DNA of 64,000 bases from Chiloscyllium plagiosum (lineage: Eukaryota), in the NCBI RefSeq assembly GCF_004010195.1, contig NC_057720.1, positions 29,727,631 to 29,791,630 on the forward strand. The letters run 5' to 3'. The first letter of the stretch is position 1; each line of letters begins with the position of its first letter. The notes under the pieces are model-generated. The model ran no database searches, was not told where the DNA came from, and was given only the letters and a program-made list of their open reading frames with translations. A program made the translations under genes and the position numbers. Shown one piece after another: positions 13,891-26,189 of this stretch.

Positions 13891-14884
13891 CTTCCAAATA
13901 AACTTGTTGGACTATAACCTGGTGTTGTGTGATTTTGAACTGAATGTTTAACAAAGAGGAAAATCCTACAGAAACACATGATAAGCTGCATGGCCAGAAA
14001 AATGATGTCATTTAGACACCAAACCATTTCCAGGCTTTAACATTGGAAGTGCATTTAATATTGTTCAGATAAACGTAGAATCTATGAAATATGTGCATAA
14101 AGTTATTAGAAGGCAGAAGACTGCAGCTTACATTTTAATTCTGGTACTTGTGCTGATCTATTTGACTTTTTTAAGTAACACTAGCGCTGAAGTGGAGTAA
14201 TAATATGGGTATTAAGACAGCCATTTTTTTGACAACAAGTTTTCCTTTAAACTATATAGTGTTCCTGGGGGAACCTTTTTTTTCCATGACAGTAAGAAGA
14301 GAGGGAGATATGATGGACAATTCATAGGAGAGCCGCTATTTTTATTGATACCCAACCAGCTTCACATACTAGCAGATGTCCACCCATCTGATTTCAAATT
14401 GCTAAAAAATCAATTATAACCTGTTTTTGACCTGCAAACAACAGATGTATCCCAATCAAGAAACCCGAATGGAGCCTTGGTATCTTGTTTCAATCATTTC
14501 CTTGAATGTAGTACCTCCAAGGTTGCCTCCCACCTTTTATTATTTGAGCAGTTCCTTCCAGCAGCAGCCCTCAGATAAGACCCAGGGAAAGAGATAGGAC
14601 CAAGGGAGGGAACCTGGTGCTGCCTTGTCAATAATTAAGTTTGATCCCTACCCAGAAAACTGGTACAGAATAGGGTTATTGCCTGCTCCTCCCAGGGGAG
14701 CCTGATTAATAAAGAGAATGCTAAAGAAGTCGTCAAGCCCCTCAGTAACTTATTCTACAGGGTATAATGCCTGTTTTAGACAGTTGCTGGCATGCAAATC
14801 AGATGTTTGACATCAATTATCCAAAAAATGTTGGGATCTATTCTTGAGTAATTCTAATGATCATGAACATAAAAACCCTACTGT

Positions 14885-15170
14885 GTATAAGCAGGTCATT
14901 TGGCCCATAGAGTCCACATCGACCCTCTAAAGAGCATTTCACACTATCCCTGTAACCTGGCATTTTCCATGGTGCATCCACGTAGCCTGTATTTCCCTGG
15001 ACACTCAGGACAAATTAGCATGGTCAATCCACCCAAACTGCACATCTTTGGACTATGGGAAACCAGAGCACCCAAAGGAAACCAAGACAGATACAGGGAG
15101 AATGCGCAAACTCCACACAGACAGTTGACTGAGGCTGGAACCATCCCTGGTCCCTGACGGTGTGATTCAG
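14885..15170 (-). mobile_element. Older V-SINE copy
   Basis: CTGCACATCTTTGGACT..GCAAACTCCACACAG is the reverse complement of the V-domain; diverged. Confidence 0.8.
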
Positions 15171-15239
15171 AGTTCTGAACATGCTCTTAGCAAATCTAAG
15201 TATTATGAATGTAAATATGGTTTTACAATAAGGCAATAG

Positions 15240-17295
15240 TATTTAACAAATGTAATAGATTTCTTTAAGGATGTAATGCTCAGATAAGTAAAGAGATAAT
15301 GGTATACCTGGATTTCTAAAAGGTACTCAATAAGGTGCCCCACAAAAATTTAACAAGCAAGATAAAGGCTTATGGAGCTGGTGGTAATGTATAGCATAAG
15401 CATGGGTAGAGAATTGGTTAACAGGCAGGAAGCAAAACAGGTAGATATAATAGAGCATTTTCATATTGACAGGCTATGACTAGTGGAGTGTGTTAGGATC
15501 AGTGTTGAAGTCTCAGTTATTTATAATCCCTATTGATGTCTGAGTCAAAGAGAAAGAGTAATATAAATAATTCTGCTAATGATCTGTAAATCTAAGGAAA
15601 TCTAAGCTGAGAGACTGCAAAGAGATAGAATTCCACGGACTAATGATCATCTGAAAGACAAGAAACTCCTCATCGCCATTTAAAAGGAAAACTTCTTATT
15701 CTTAAACTATATCCCCCATTTCTCACCTTCCTCATAGGAGGAAATATCCTACTTGCATCCACTGATCCAAATCCCCTGAGGATATTTCAATAAAATTATC
15801 TCTTATTCTTCTGAACTGCAATGGGTAGATATCCAATCTCTTCATAAGATGAGCCCTTCATTCCAGGAATGAACCAAATGAACCTTCTCCAAACTATTCC
15901 AGCACTATTACGTCCTTTTCAATGTAAGGAGAACAAAACGATGCACATAATCTGGATGTGTAACCTGCAATAAAACATCCCAACTTTTATGTTCCATTCT
16001 CCTTGAAATAAACTCCAACATTCTATTTGCCTTCCTCACGATTTTCTGCAAAATAACTTGCTGAGGAAGAATCTCACTTGCTGTACCAAATTACTGACTT
16101 TTTGTGATACATGTACCAGGACATTAAAATTCTTCTGTAGAATCAAGTTCTTCAGTCTGTCTGCACTTAAATAGTGTGCTGTTGTAATATTCGTCCTGTC
16201 AAAGAGGACAAGATCACATTTGCTCACGTTATTCTCCATCTGCCAAACTTTTACCTCTCACTTAAGTTATAAATATGTCTTAGTAGAATCGTTACGTCAT
16301 CTTGACAACCTATGTTCCTACCTATCTTGGTACCATAAGCAAATTTAGGTAACATTCATTCAGTTCCTTCATCCAAGTCATTGACTGAGATTGTAAATAG
16401 TTGAGGTGAAAATGTGTTGCTGGAGAAGCGCAGCAGGTCAGGCACCCTCCAAGGAACAGGAGAATCGATGTTTTGGGCATTAGCCCTTCTTCAGGAATGA
16501 GGAAAGTGTGTCCAGCAGGCTAAGATAAAAGGTACGGAGGAGGGACTTGGGGGAGGGGCGTTGGAACTGCGATAGGTGGAAGGAGGTCAAGGTGAGGGTG
16601 ATAGGCCAGAGTGGGGTGGGGGCGGAGAGGTCAGGAAGAAGACTGCAGGTTAGGAAGGTGGTGCTGCAGAGGAGATGACCTGGGGTGTGCAGTGAGAGAG
16701 GGACTCACTGAAATCCTTATAGAGGGAGGAAGAGAGCTTCTTCAAGGAAGGCATCCATGCAAGAGGATTCGCAGTCGGTTAAAATCTTTGAGGAGAGGTC
16801 AGGAAGAAGACACCTTCCTAACCTGCAATCTTCTTCCTGAGCTCTCCGCCCCCACCCCACTCTGGCCTATCACCCTCATCTTGACCTCCTTCCACCTATC
16901 GCATTTCCAACGCCCCTCCCCCAAGTCCCTCCTCCCTACCTTTTATCTTAGCCTGCTGGACACACTTTCCTTATTCCTGAAGAAGTGCTTATGCCCAAAA
17001 CGTCGATTCTCCTGTTCCTTGGATGCTGTCTGACCTGCTGCGCTTTTCCAGCAACACATTTTCAGCTCTGAACTCCAGCATCTGCAGTTCTCACTTTCTC
17101 CTGTAAATAGTTGAGGCCCCAGCAATGCTCCCTGTGGTACTTTACTACCTATAGCTTGTCAAATGACAAAAGACACATTTATCTCTATGCTCTTATTTCT
17201 GTTAGCTAGCCAATCCTTTGTTCATATTAAAGTGTTACCTCTATACTATGTCCTTTTATCCTATTGATTAACCTATGTAGCTTATCACATGTCAT
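15240..17295. mobile_element. Old CR1 fragments (about 15240-15630 plus; 15650-17295 minus, split by a PLE insert)
   Basis: Degenerate YLDF.K..KVPH and TSGV motifs on plus; minus DLDEG..KFA..TKIG and SKCDLVLF. Confidence 0.65.
16407..17101. mobile_element. Inverted composite of PLE family A termini
   Basis: Arms about 16407-16660 and 16811-17066 are reverse complements; decayed HHRs at 16467-16494 (-) and 16977-17004 (+); centre carries the PLE ORF start (cf. 54690-54800); exact 15-bp TSD TGTAAATAGTTGAGG at 16392-16406 and 17102-17116. Confidence 0.9.
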
Positions 17296-17309
17296 TTGGA
17301 AATTGAGTT

Positions 17310-18548
17310 GAGCCTGACCTCAGTGGTGGGCAAGTTGTTGGAGGGAATCCTGAGGGACAGGATGTACATGTATTTGGAAAGGCAAGGATTGATTAGGGAT
17401 AGTCAACATGGCTTTGTGCGTGGGAAATCATGTCTCACAAACTTGATTGAGTTTTTTGAAGAAGTAACAACGAAGGTTGATGAGGGCAGAGCAGTAGAGC
17501 ACCTTACTTCAGTAAGGTATTTGACAAGGTTCCCCATGGGAGACTGATTAGCAAGGTTAGATCTCATGGAATAAAGGGAGAATTAGCCATTTAGATACAG
17601 AACTGGCTCAAAGGTAGAAGACAGAGGGTGGTGGTGGAGGGTTGTTTTTCAGACTGGAGGCCTGTGACCAGTGGAGTGTCACAAGGTTCGGTGCTAAGTC
17701 CTCTAGTTTTTGTCATTTACATAAATGATTTGGATGCGAGCATAAGAGGTACAGTTAGTAAGTTTGCAGATGACACCAAAATTGGTGGTGTAGTGGACAG
17801 TGAAGAGGGTTAACTCAGATTACAGATCAGATGGGTCAATGGGCTGAGAAGTGGCAGATGGAGTTTAATTCAGATAAATGCGAGGTGCTGCATTTTGGGA
17901 AAGCAAATCTTAGCAGGACTTATACACGTAAATGGTAAGGTCCTAGAGAGTGTTGCTGAACAAAGAGACCTTGGAGTGCANNNNNNNNNNNNNNNNNNNN
18001 NNNNNNNNNNNNNNNNNNNNNNNNNNNNNNNNNNNNNNNNNNNNNNNNNNNNNNNNNNNNNNNNNNNNNNNNNNNNNNNNNNNNNNNNNNNNNNNNNNNN
18101 NNNNNNNNNNNNNNNNNNNNNNNNNNNNNNNNNNNNNNNNNNNNNNNNNNNNNNNNNNNNNNNNNNNNNNNNNNNNNNNNNNNNNNNNNNNNNNNNNNNN
18201 NNNNNNNNNNNNNNNNNNNNNNNNNNNNNNNNNNNNNNNNNNNNNNNNNNNNNNNNNNNNNNNNNNNNNNNNNNNNNNNNNNNNNNNNNNNNNNNNNNNN
18301 NNNNNNNNNNNNNNNNNNNNNNNNNNNNNNNNNNNNNNNNNNNNNNNNNNNNNNNNNNNNNNNNNNCTGGTACAATTGCAACATTTAAGAGGCATTTGGA
18401 TGGGTATAAGAATAGGAAGGGTTTGGAGGGATATGGGCCAGGTGCTGGCAGGTGGGACTAGATTGGGTTGGGATATCTGGTCGGCATGGACAGGTTGGAC
18501 CGAAGTGTCTGTTTCCATGCTGTACATCTCTATGACTCTATGACTCTA
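17310..18548 (+). mobile_element. CR1 (HER1-like) 3' fragment spanning an assembly gap
   Basis: SLTSVVGKLLE..QHGFVRGKSCLTNLIEFFE; KFADDTK; (CTCTATGA)n tail; same subfamily as 9298-10546. Confidence 0.92.
17981..18366. other. Assembly gap
   Basis: N run. Confidence 1.
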
Positions 18549-18549
18549 T

Positions 18550-19900
18550 CTGTAGCTTACCCTTTATCCAAATTCCATGTTTCTTCCTCAAACAACATGC
18601 TGGTAAATTACTTAAACATCATGCCCCTTTCGCAGAACCATGTTAACTCTGTTGATCCAATTATAATTTTCAACGTGTCCTTCTATAACTTCCTTAAAAA
18701 TGGATGCTAGCAATTTCCTGATGACAGATGTTGGAGGAACTGGCCAATAGTTTCCTGTTTTCTATTATTTGCTTTTCTTGAATAAAGATGTTATGTTAGC
18801 CACTTTGAAATCCAAAGGGACCCTTTCAGAATCTAAGAATTTTAGGAAGTTTATAACCAAGGCATCTCTTGAGCTGCTTCTTCGGAGATCCTTGGATGTT
18901 GGCTAATGGACATATCAGTCTTTTATGCTAAATTGTTTTCTCGCAGCTTTTCCCTGCTAAGGGTGATTATTTTAAGTTCATCCCTCATATTCACCTCTTA
19001 ATTTTATAAAATCTTTGAGAAGTTTTCCACATCTTTTTCATTGCAGACTGAGCCGAAGTCCTTGTTCAATACCTTCCCCAATTCCTTGTATCCCATTATA
19101 AATTCCCAGGCACATTCTTTAGAGGAACAGCATTAGCTTTGGTTGCTCTTTTTTTATTTACTTCCTTCGTTAGAACTTTTATAAGCAACTTTTCTTTCAT
19201 ACTCTATTTTCTGAAGTTTTGGATTTTTTTGCTGGTTCTTCAACTCTGTCCAATTGTCTAACCTATTATTAACCTTTGCAGATTTGTACAGTGTTTCTTT
19301 CATTGGATACTATTGTTAATTTCCTTATTTAGCCAGAGATGATGCATCTTTTTAAAATGATTTTTCCTTCTGGCCTGAATATTTACTGAGAATTAGTAAT
19401 ATTTTGTTAAAAGTCTACTGCAGCAACTCTTCTGCACTATCCTAGTTCCAAGTTCACTAGCTCTGCTGTTATGCCTTTATACTTATATTAATGTTTAAAA
19501 CTCTGGTCTTAAACCCACACTTACCCCTTCAAACTAGTCTTGTGGCATAATTGTACTGTACTTACCTCTGGCTCAGAATGCCCATATTCAAGTCTCACCT
19601 GCTCCTGAAGTGTATCATAATATAGCTGAACAACTTGATTAAAAAGGTATGAAATTCTATCATATTATTATTGATGTAAGCTAAAGGTTCCCTTACTATG
19701 AAGTGAATGATTAATCTTGTCTCATTGCTTGATACCTGGTTTAGAGTAGGTAGCTTGGTTAGTTCTAGCACATACAGTTCTGAGAAATTGTCCTCAATAT
19801 ACTCTGTAAACGCATTTTCCAGGTTACCCTTGCTAATCTGACTCATCCTTTTTACATGTAGTTAAAGTCACCCATAATTATTGCAATAACTTTCTTACAC
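18550..19900 (-). mobile_element. Old CR1 ORF2 remnant
   Basis: Degenerate NYWPVPPTSVIRKLL-like (about 18710-18755) and endonuclease IMGDFN-like (about 19861-19878) motifs on minus. Confidence 0.6.
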
Positions 19901-21331
19901 ATTGCATTGTTGGCTGAGTCTCCAATCACCTCAGCTATTCCCTTCACTGATAATAGAACCTCTGCAATTAACTTATGGAAGTTTGAGGGGCATATGCATC
20001 AGCAAAATACATCAAATAACTATAAATATATTCTTTGTAAGTACCTACTTAGTAGGATTAATTTGCTTTTCAACAAATTCTGTATTTCCTTATTATGCAG
20101 AAAAAAAAATCTTGGATCTACAAAACTGAAGGCAAAGGAAAATATGCAACAAATGAAGGACGGTCAGATAAAGCAAATAGTGATTGCAAAGTATTGATGA
20201 ACCAAAACTTTTCAATGTGTTCATTGAATAGGGTAATTTCGGTTCCCTCAATTATCTACAATGTTTTGGGTTTTTAGTGATATTCTTTCCCTGGAAGTAC
20301 GTCTTTTATTTTGTATATGCATATGGCTGAGAGTGGTGGAAAGGAAAATGTCAGATTTAATTAGGTTGAATTCTTAAAACTCATACTCCTTAATATACTC
20401 GACTACTTAGTTTAAATTAAAACCAACAAAATCAAGGAGCCTAATGAGGCAATAGTTAAGGTGACAGATAATTAGTGATTCTGGTAAAAACTCATTGATT
20501 TTCCAGTAATGGTCACAGACTGACCATGCTGATCTAAGTGATGAACTCAAGGCCTGCTAATCAGTTATTGAACATCATAAATTGTTAAAAGGAGTTAATA
20601 GGTTTTGCAGAGTGAGCGGAAGGCTGCGACTGACAGCTGTGTAAGCAGTGAAATTATCCTTGTTAGAGAAGTCATTGGGATGCTTTAGTAGCTCATTTTA
20701 CCTTGTAATTAGCTTCACTGGATTATCAGACACAAATCTTTACTTTGTTTCTGCTGCCCAAGCAGGAGGTGATGATTGGATCTCTTCACAAGGCATTGAA
20801 AATTAATCTCACATTTAAATCGAATTAGGATCAAACGGCAAACTTTTTTTAAGTTTCCACAATTAATGTTCAAAGGTTTAATACCCTGAAAATATTCCTT
20901 GAGGATTAGTGTCAAATCTTTGTTCGCATCCATCTGTGCTCCCCATGAATTGCTCTGTTGCTGATGTCATCAACATCATGACTTTCCCAGTTTGTATGAA
21001 TAGATAAAGACACCATTTTAGCACTAAATCTTGAAGGTCAGATTTCTGAGCAGCAGAGTTGATAGAAGGACACATTAGAAATACTTATAGAATAATTATT
21101 TAGAGAGGATTCTGTTTAATATTGTACATGATGCAGTCAGGAAGTGTACAGGGTTCAAAGTTTCAATATCTTCAGGATCCTAGCCCTCTTTCGAGACTCA
21201 GGGGTGAATGAGTTAGTTATCGTTGACTCCCTGTGAGAATATAGAAGCCCACTGGTTGCTAATCAGGTTAAAACCCTCATCTTTACATCCAAACTCCTCC
21301 ATGGTCTCATCTCTCCTTGCTTCTCTAAATG

Positions 21332-21455
21332 CCTGAGAAAGGGTCACCAGAGCCGAAGCATTAATTCTGATTTCTCTTCACAGATGCTGCAAATCTGCTG
21401 AGCTTTTCCAGCAATTTCTGTTTCTGTTTCTGATTTACACCATCCACAGTTCTTT
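21332..21455 (+). mobile_element. PLE family C terminus with decayed HHR, inside an old L2-like remnant
   Basis: CTGAGAAAGGGTCACCAGAGCCGAAGCATT followed by CAGATGCTGC..CTGCTGAGCTTTTCCAGC, matching 58150-58250. Confidence 0.7.
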
Positions 21456-22799
21456 AAGTCTCCAAAATATCTATAATCCTTTAAATCTGTCCTGCAGAGC
21501 ATCCCACTATCTTGCTCTTTCCACCACTGACAATCACACCCTCAGCTACCAAGATCCAAGCTTGACACTTCCCTTCCTCAATCCCTTCTTATTTTAACCT
21601 GTCTTTCCTGTTTTAAACGTACTTATTTTACCAAGTTTTGCCATATGTAACTTCCACAAATGAACCAGAATATAGGGCATTTTAATGTTTTAATGCCAAC
21701 ATATCAATACAATTTCTGCTGATATTGTGCAGTTGCCATGAGAGAAACATTGATGGTGACACAGTGGAACTGTCACTACAAGAACTGGGAGGTTCATTAA
21801 GGAGCAAGTAAATCCTAGGAACAGTTGTGTTAGTGATAATAGTCTAGAAATCAATCACTCAACAGGGATTGATTAATACTGTGAGCTAAGATACTTTACA
21901 CAGTAACAGGCATAAAAAAATTATGAAGGAGACAGTACTGCAACCAATTGTTTCTATGTGTGCTGCTAGCAGAACCATAGCAGACTAAACATCAGGCAAC
22001 ATTGTGTACACAGCACATGCAGTCCTTAATGGTGAACCCTCTTAAAGGTAAGTTACATAATTAACATCTTCCCCTTTTCCAAAGTTATGTTTAAGTATAT
22101 ACAATAACAATTGAACATATAGGTCTGTATACCATATAGGTAAATTGCTGCTATGTCCAAATTTTTGGGGACATGGTTTGGAGGTGCCATTGATTGCCCA
22201 TGTTCAGCAGTGATACTGTCTATCATTCCTGAGCCTGTTTCAAGCTTTTCTTTCATGCTCTGTAGATGCCATTCCAGAATTTTCTTATCTTGATGCATGG
22301 CCACCATGTTTTGTTTCAGATTAGCCACTTGTTCCTCAAATTATTTTGAGTGGTTCAATCTTTGGCATTTACTGTGTTGTTCCTTAAGGGTTTCTAATTC
22401 TTACAAAGTTTTAAACTTCTCTTGGGCCAGTATATTTTCTCCTTCATAGCCTGCTTCAATAACTGTCCAGCCTCTTCAACATTTTTGTTTGCTTTTTCTT
22501 TGGAATTCTGGGCCTTGTCCATTTGTAGTTTCAGTGGTTGGTTGGTTCTTCTATGCTTTACGAATTCTTTCACTATAGCATCATTGCTGGTGTTTATTTC
22601 TAAAATAAAGACTGTCTTATGAGGGATTTGCAGCTCATTGTTGTGTGCAATGTGCATCTCCACCTGTTTGTTGAAGGTCTGTCATGTTGTCCAGCATAGT
22701 TTTGAGCTCAAGCCAATGTTTCTGTAGTCACTTCAATTGAGCCTGATCTGTTTATGTGGGAGTTACTTTAGCAATACCTGTTAACTGGCAATCCTTTCA

Positions 22800-23335
22800 C
22801 TGGATTTGAGCTATAAGAAGAGGCTGAATAGTTTGTGGCTATTTTCCCTGAAGCTTCAGTGGTTGAGGGGTGACCTTACAAGAGGTTTAAATAATCATGA
22901 AGAGCGCATGAATAGGGTGAATAGTCAAGATCTTTTTCCCAGAGTAGGGAGTCCAAAACTAGAGTGCATAGGTTTAAGGTGGAGTGGGGAGAAGATTTAA
23001 AAGGGGCCTAAGGGACGTTTTCATACAGAGGGTGATGTGTATATAGACTCAGCTGCCAGAAGAAGTGGTGGAAGCTGATACAATTACAACATTTAAAAGA
23101 TATCTGGAAGGGTATATGGATAAGAAGGATTTAGAGGAATATAGCCAATGCCGGAAAATGGGCCTGGATTAATCTGTTTGAGAAGAAGGGCTTATGCCCG
23201 AAACGTCGATTCTCCTGTTCCCTGGATGCTGCCTGACCTGCTGCGCTTTTCCAGCAACACATTTTCAGCTCTGGATTAATCTGGTCAGCATGGACCGAAA
23301 GGTCTGTTTCTGTGCTGTACAACTCTATGACTCCA
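22800..23335 (+). mobile_element. CR1 3' fragment
   Basis: LSYKKRLNSLWLFSL..LRGDL; CR1 3' UTR and CTCTATGACTC tail. Confidence 0.88.
23177..23270 (+). mobile_element. 94-bp PLE family A terminus with 5'-clipped HHR
   Basis: GAAGAAGGGCTTATGCCCGAAACGTC; exact 13-bp TSD CTGGATTAATCTG (23164-23176, 23271-23283). Confidence 0.88.
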
Positions 23336-23789
23336 TGGATCGATAATACAAAGCTTGTAGTTCCTCCTGTATAATTTCTTTTCTTTTAGCTGTTCATTTA
23401 TCTTTGTGACCTGAGTAGAGATATCACCTAAAAAACCTCACCATTTCAGAAATGTATAAACTTTCTTTTTTTCCTCTTCATTGCACAGAGCTGAGATTTT
23501 TGCTCATTATTTCAGAAGAAAGTGAAATGTTCTGTTCTTCTTTCATATTCAGCTCTGCAAATGATTCTTGTGTAATCTGCTGCAGGTTCTGCCTAACATT
23601 CAATGCTAATCAGGCATTGGTTAATTTTATGATTGGGTTTATTTAACACGATAAAACACATTGCAAGTTATGAAGCAGACACTACAGCAACCATCTAATT
23701 GATTTCTGTATCTTGAGCTCGAAAATCCATAGAAGACAAACTGGCAGACAGAGCTCCAACATTGCACATACAAAGCACATGGAGTCCTT

Positions 23790-24260
23790 AAAGATAAACT
23801 GGTGATGATCCCTTGTATGTTTTGCCTTGTCCTTCTCAGTGATAATGTTCGTGGGTTTGGAATGTCTGAGGAGTTTTGGCAAATTGCTGCAGTGCATCTT
23901 GCAGATGGTACACACTGCTGCTACTGTACAATATGATGGAGAGAGTGAGTGTTTGTGGATGTGGTCCCAATCAACCAGGCTACTATGTCTGAGATGATGT
24001 GAGTGCATTTGGAGTTGCACTCATCCAGGTAAATAGGGATTATTCCATCACTGTCCTGACTTGTGCCTTGTAGATAGTAGGCTGCCTCTGAGGAGTCAGG
24101 GGATGAGTTACACTCTGCAGGATTCCTAATCTCTGACCTGTTTTTGCAGAAAAAATATTTATATTGTGAGTTCAGTTCAGCTTCTTGTCAATAATAAGCC
24201 CCAGAATATTGACAGTAGGGAATTCAGTGATTGTAATGCTATTGAATGTCAGAATTTCCA
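23790..24260 (-). mobile_element. L2/CR1-group LINE 3' coding remnant
   Basis: Reverse-complement similarity to 46030-46350 (YKAQVRTVMEY-like motif). Confidence 0.65.
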
Positions 24261-25024
24261 GCTTCTGACCTGCGTTTAGAGCCATTGTATTTATATATTT
24301 GGTCCGGTTCACCTCTACTTCTACCACTAGCTTCCACCTTTGCTGGGGATCCCATCTTGAGACTCTCCCACCCTCCAAGACATGAAGATGCTGCCCACTA
24401 GCACTGCTGGGACAGAGGTCAGTTCACAGCATCAGAATTAATCCTGATTTCGGATTACCACTTCCAATGGGAAAATTCCAGCTTTAATCTCACAAAGACA
24501 AATTTAATGCAGCAAACAATCTAAAGGAAATTAAGTGACATATATTCCAATAGCCTCTGCTGAATAAAAATGGGAAACATAAAACTATAATATTATGATT
24601 TAAAAATTAATACATGATGAAGAGGCTTAATAAATAATCTTTAAAATATATTGATAGAGCAATTAAAATGAGTAAGAAAAATACATCTAAATGAAATGTT
24701 CAGTGGAAACTTGGGGAGATAATCTTATGAAAGATCAGAAGAAACTGTTGTAAAGTTGCAATGAATGGGATGCAAAAGTCACACTGCAAATGAAATAGAT
24801 ATAAAGAGAGAATTGACCTAGATAACCTTATTAGCTGAACATCAATGAATACTAAAATAATGGACACCACACTAATCAATAGGCTGCAGGGTTGCCTAAA
24901 TGGGAGCCAATCAGTAATGAAACAGCCAGCAGTAAAGAAGGTCCTAGTTGATTTCTTTCTGGAGAAGGAAAAATTGGCCAAATTCCTGAAAGTGGATTTT
25001 GAAAAATGAGGTATCTGCAAATAT

Positions 25025-25295
25025 AGGTCTGATAGTATAGATAGGTAGATATTGAAACATGACAAAATATTTTTAAAAATAAAGAAACTAAAGATAAATA
25101 AAGTAGCTGGAATTTAATTTAAATTTCTATCATGGCTTAAAGAAAATAGGGGCAGTCCTAAGGTCTGATAATATGGATAGGTAGATATTGAAACATGACA
25201 AAATAAAAAAAAGATAAGGAAAGTAAAGATGAGTAAAGTAGCTCGGAATTTAATTTAAATTTGTATCATGGCTTACAGAAAATAAGGGCAGTCTT
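25025..25295. repeat. Two-copy tandem duplication, unit about 136 bp
   Basis: AGGTCTGATA..GATAGGTAGATATTGAAACATGACAAAAT..GGAATTTAATTTAAATT..TATCATGGCTTA..GGGCAGTC starting at 25025 and 25161. Confidence 0.9.
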
Positions 25296-26154
25296 TAAAG
25301 AACAACGCGCTAAAAAATATATTTTTTTTGGAAAAAATTGCATTACAAATGGGTTACGTCATTTATCAATCCAAATAAGAGAGCTTTCAAACACAATAAG
25401 TGTTTGAAGTACTGGCCAATAAAAAGAGAATCTGTCTCTATATCTGGGATAATGCTATGCTGAGAATGTGCATTAAGAAGAAGAGCAGTGAGAGGATTAT
25501 GTAAGGTTTACAGTGCCTGTTTGGCCTATGCAATATCTTACTGACTAATAACACAAATAGTTCTGAGCCCTCACTTACTGAACACCATGAGCTGATAATG
25601 GTAGCGTCAGCAGATTGGGAGCAGCAAATGCTGCAAAAGAAGCAACATTTCAGTTGTGTTTAAGCTGGAGGTTTAGCGATTGAATTTTTGATATCAGCCA
25701 GAGAATTTTGAAGACAAATTATCACTTTAAGATTCAGGCTCTTATTCAATATTGTTGTCTTGTGCTATTTCATCAGTTAGTCGTTAGCTTTTATCAGACA
25801 GTTAGCACTGATGCTTTTGGAGTTTTGATATCCTATGCTCCAAAATGTTTGGGCATATATTTGCAGACTCTACTTTAGTAATAAAATGTTCAAGGCACTT
25901 CAGGTAAGTGTTATACACCAAAGTAAGACATCTTGCCAAATAAAGAAGCTCTTAAGTTAAACTATCAATACCTTAGTCAAAGAGATACAATTTAAGGGAT
26001 GCCTTAAAGGAGAAAAGCTAGGTAGAGAGGCTGGGGGATGTAGGGAGCATATTCTAGAGCTTGAGCAACTCTAGAAACACTACCAATGGCGAAGCAACTA
26101 AAATCAAAAATCACACAACGCCAGGTTATAATCCAACAGGTTTAATTGGAAGCA

Positions 26155-26189
26155 CACTAGCTTTCGAAGCGACACTCCTTCATCAGGTG
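26155..26189 (-). ncRNA. Minimal hammerhead ribozyme motif (family B), intact
   Basis: Minus CAC-CTGATGA-A-GGAGT-GTC-GCTTC-GAAA-GC-TA-GTG: stem I CAC/GTG, stem II with G-U pairs, palindromic AGCT, CUA site. Confidence 0.75.

Larger units (their letters stand above)
8590..13941 (+). mobile_element. Near full-length decayed Penelope-like element (family B, Neptune-like) with nested insertions
   Basis: Partial 5' repeat (8590-8810) matching the 3' repeat (about 13700-13941); N-terminal KFLQKYKKAGKIPKAL; RT motifs NIVIKPAFKGGAIVI, FTLYTSIP, AMG, RYIDDI, FLDTRI; PCHGNHCKMC Cys motif (about 12678-12708) before GIY-YIG NVVYLIWCRQGCPEA-YVGE; HHR in 3' repeat. Confidence 0.88.
22053..23620 (-). pseudogene. 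Decayed coiled-coil-like coding remnant, unknown family, split by CR1 22800-23335
   Basis: Consecutive minus ORF pieces rich in E/K/Q/L (LKLQMDKAQNSKEKANKNVEEAGQLLKQAMKEK; NLKQNMVAMHQDKKILEWHLQSMKEKLE; NLQQITQESFAELNMKEEQ) with stops and frameshifts. Confidence 0.4.

Noticed and set aside
17895..18543. Long ORFs of X residues (also 26502-27359)
   Set aside because: Translation through N gaps
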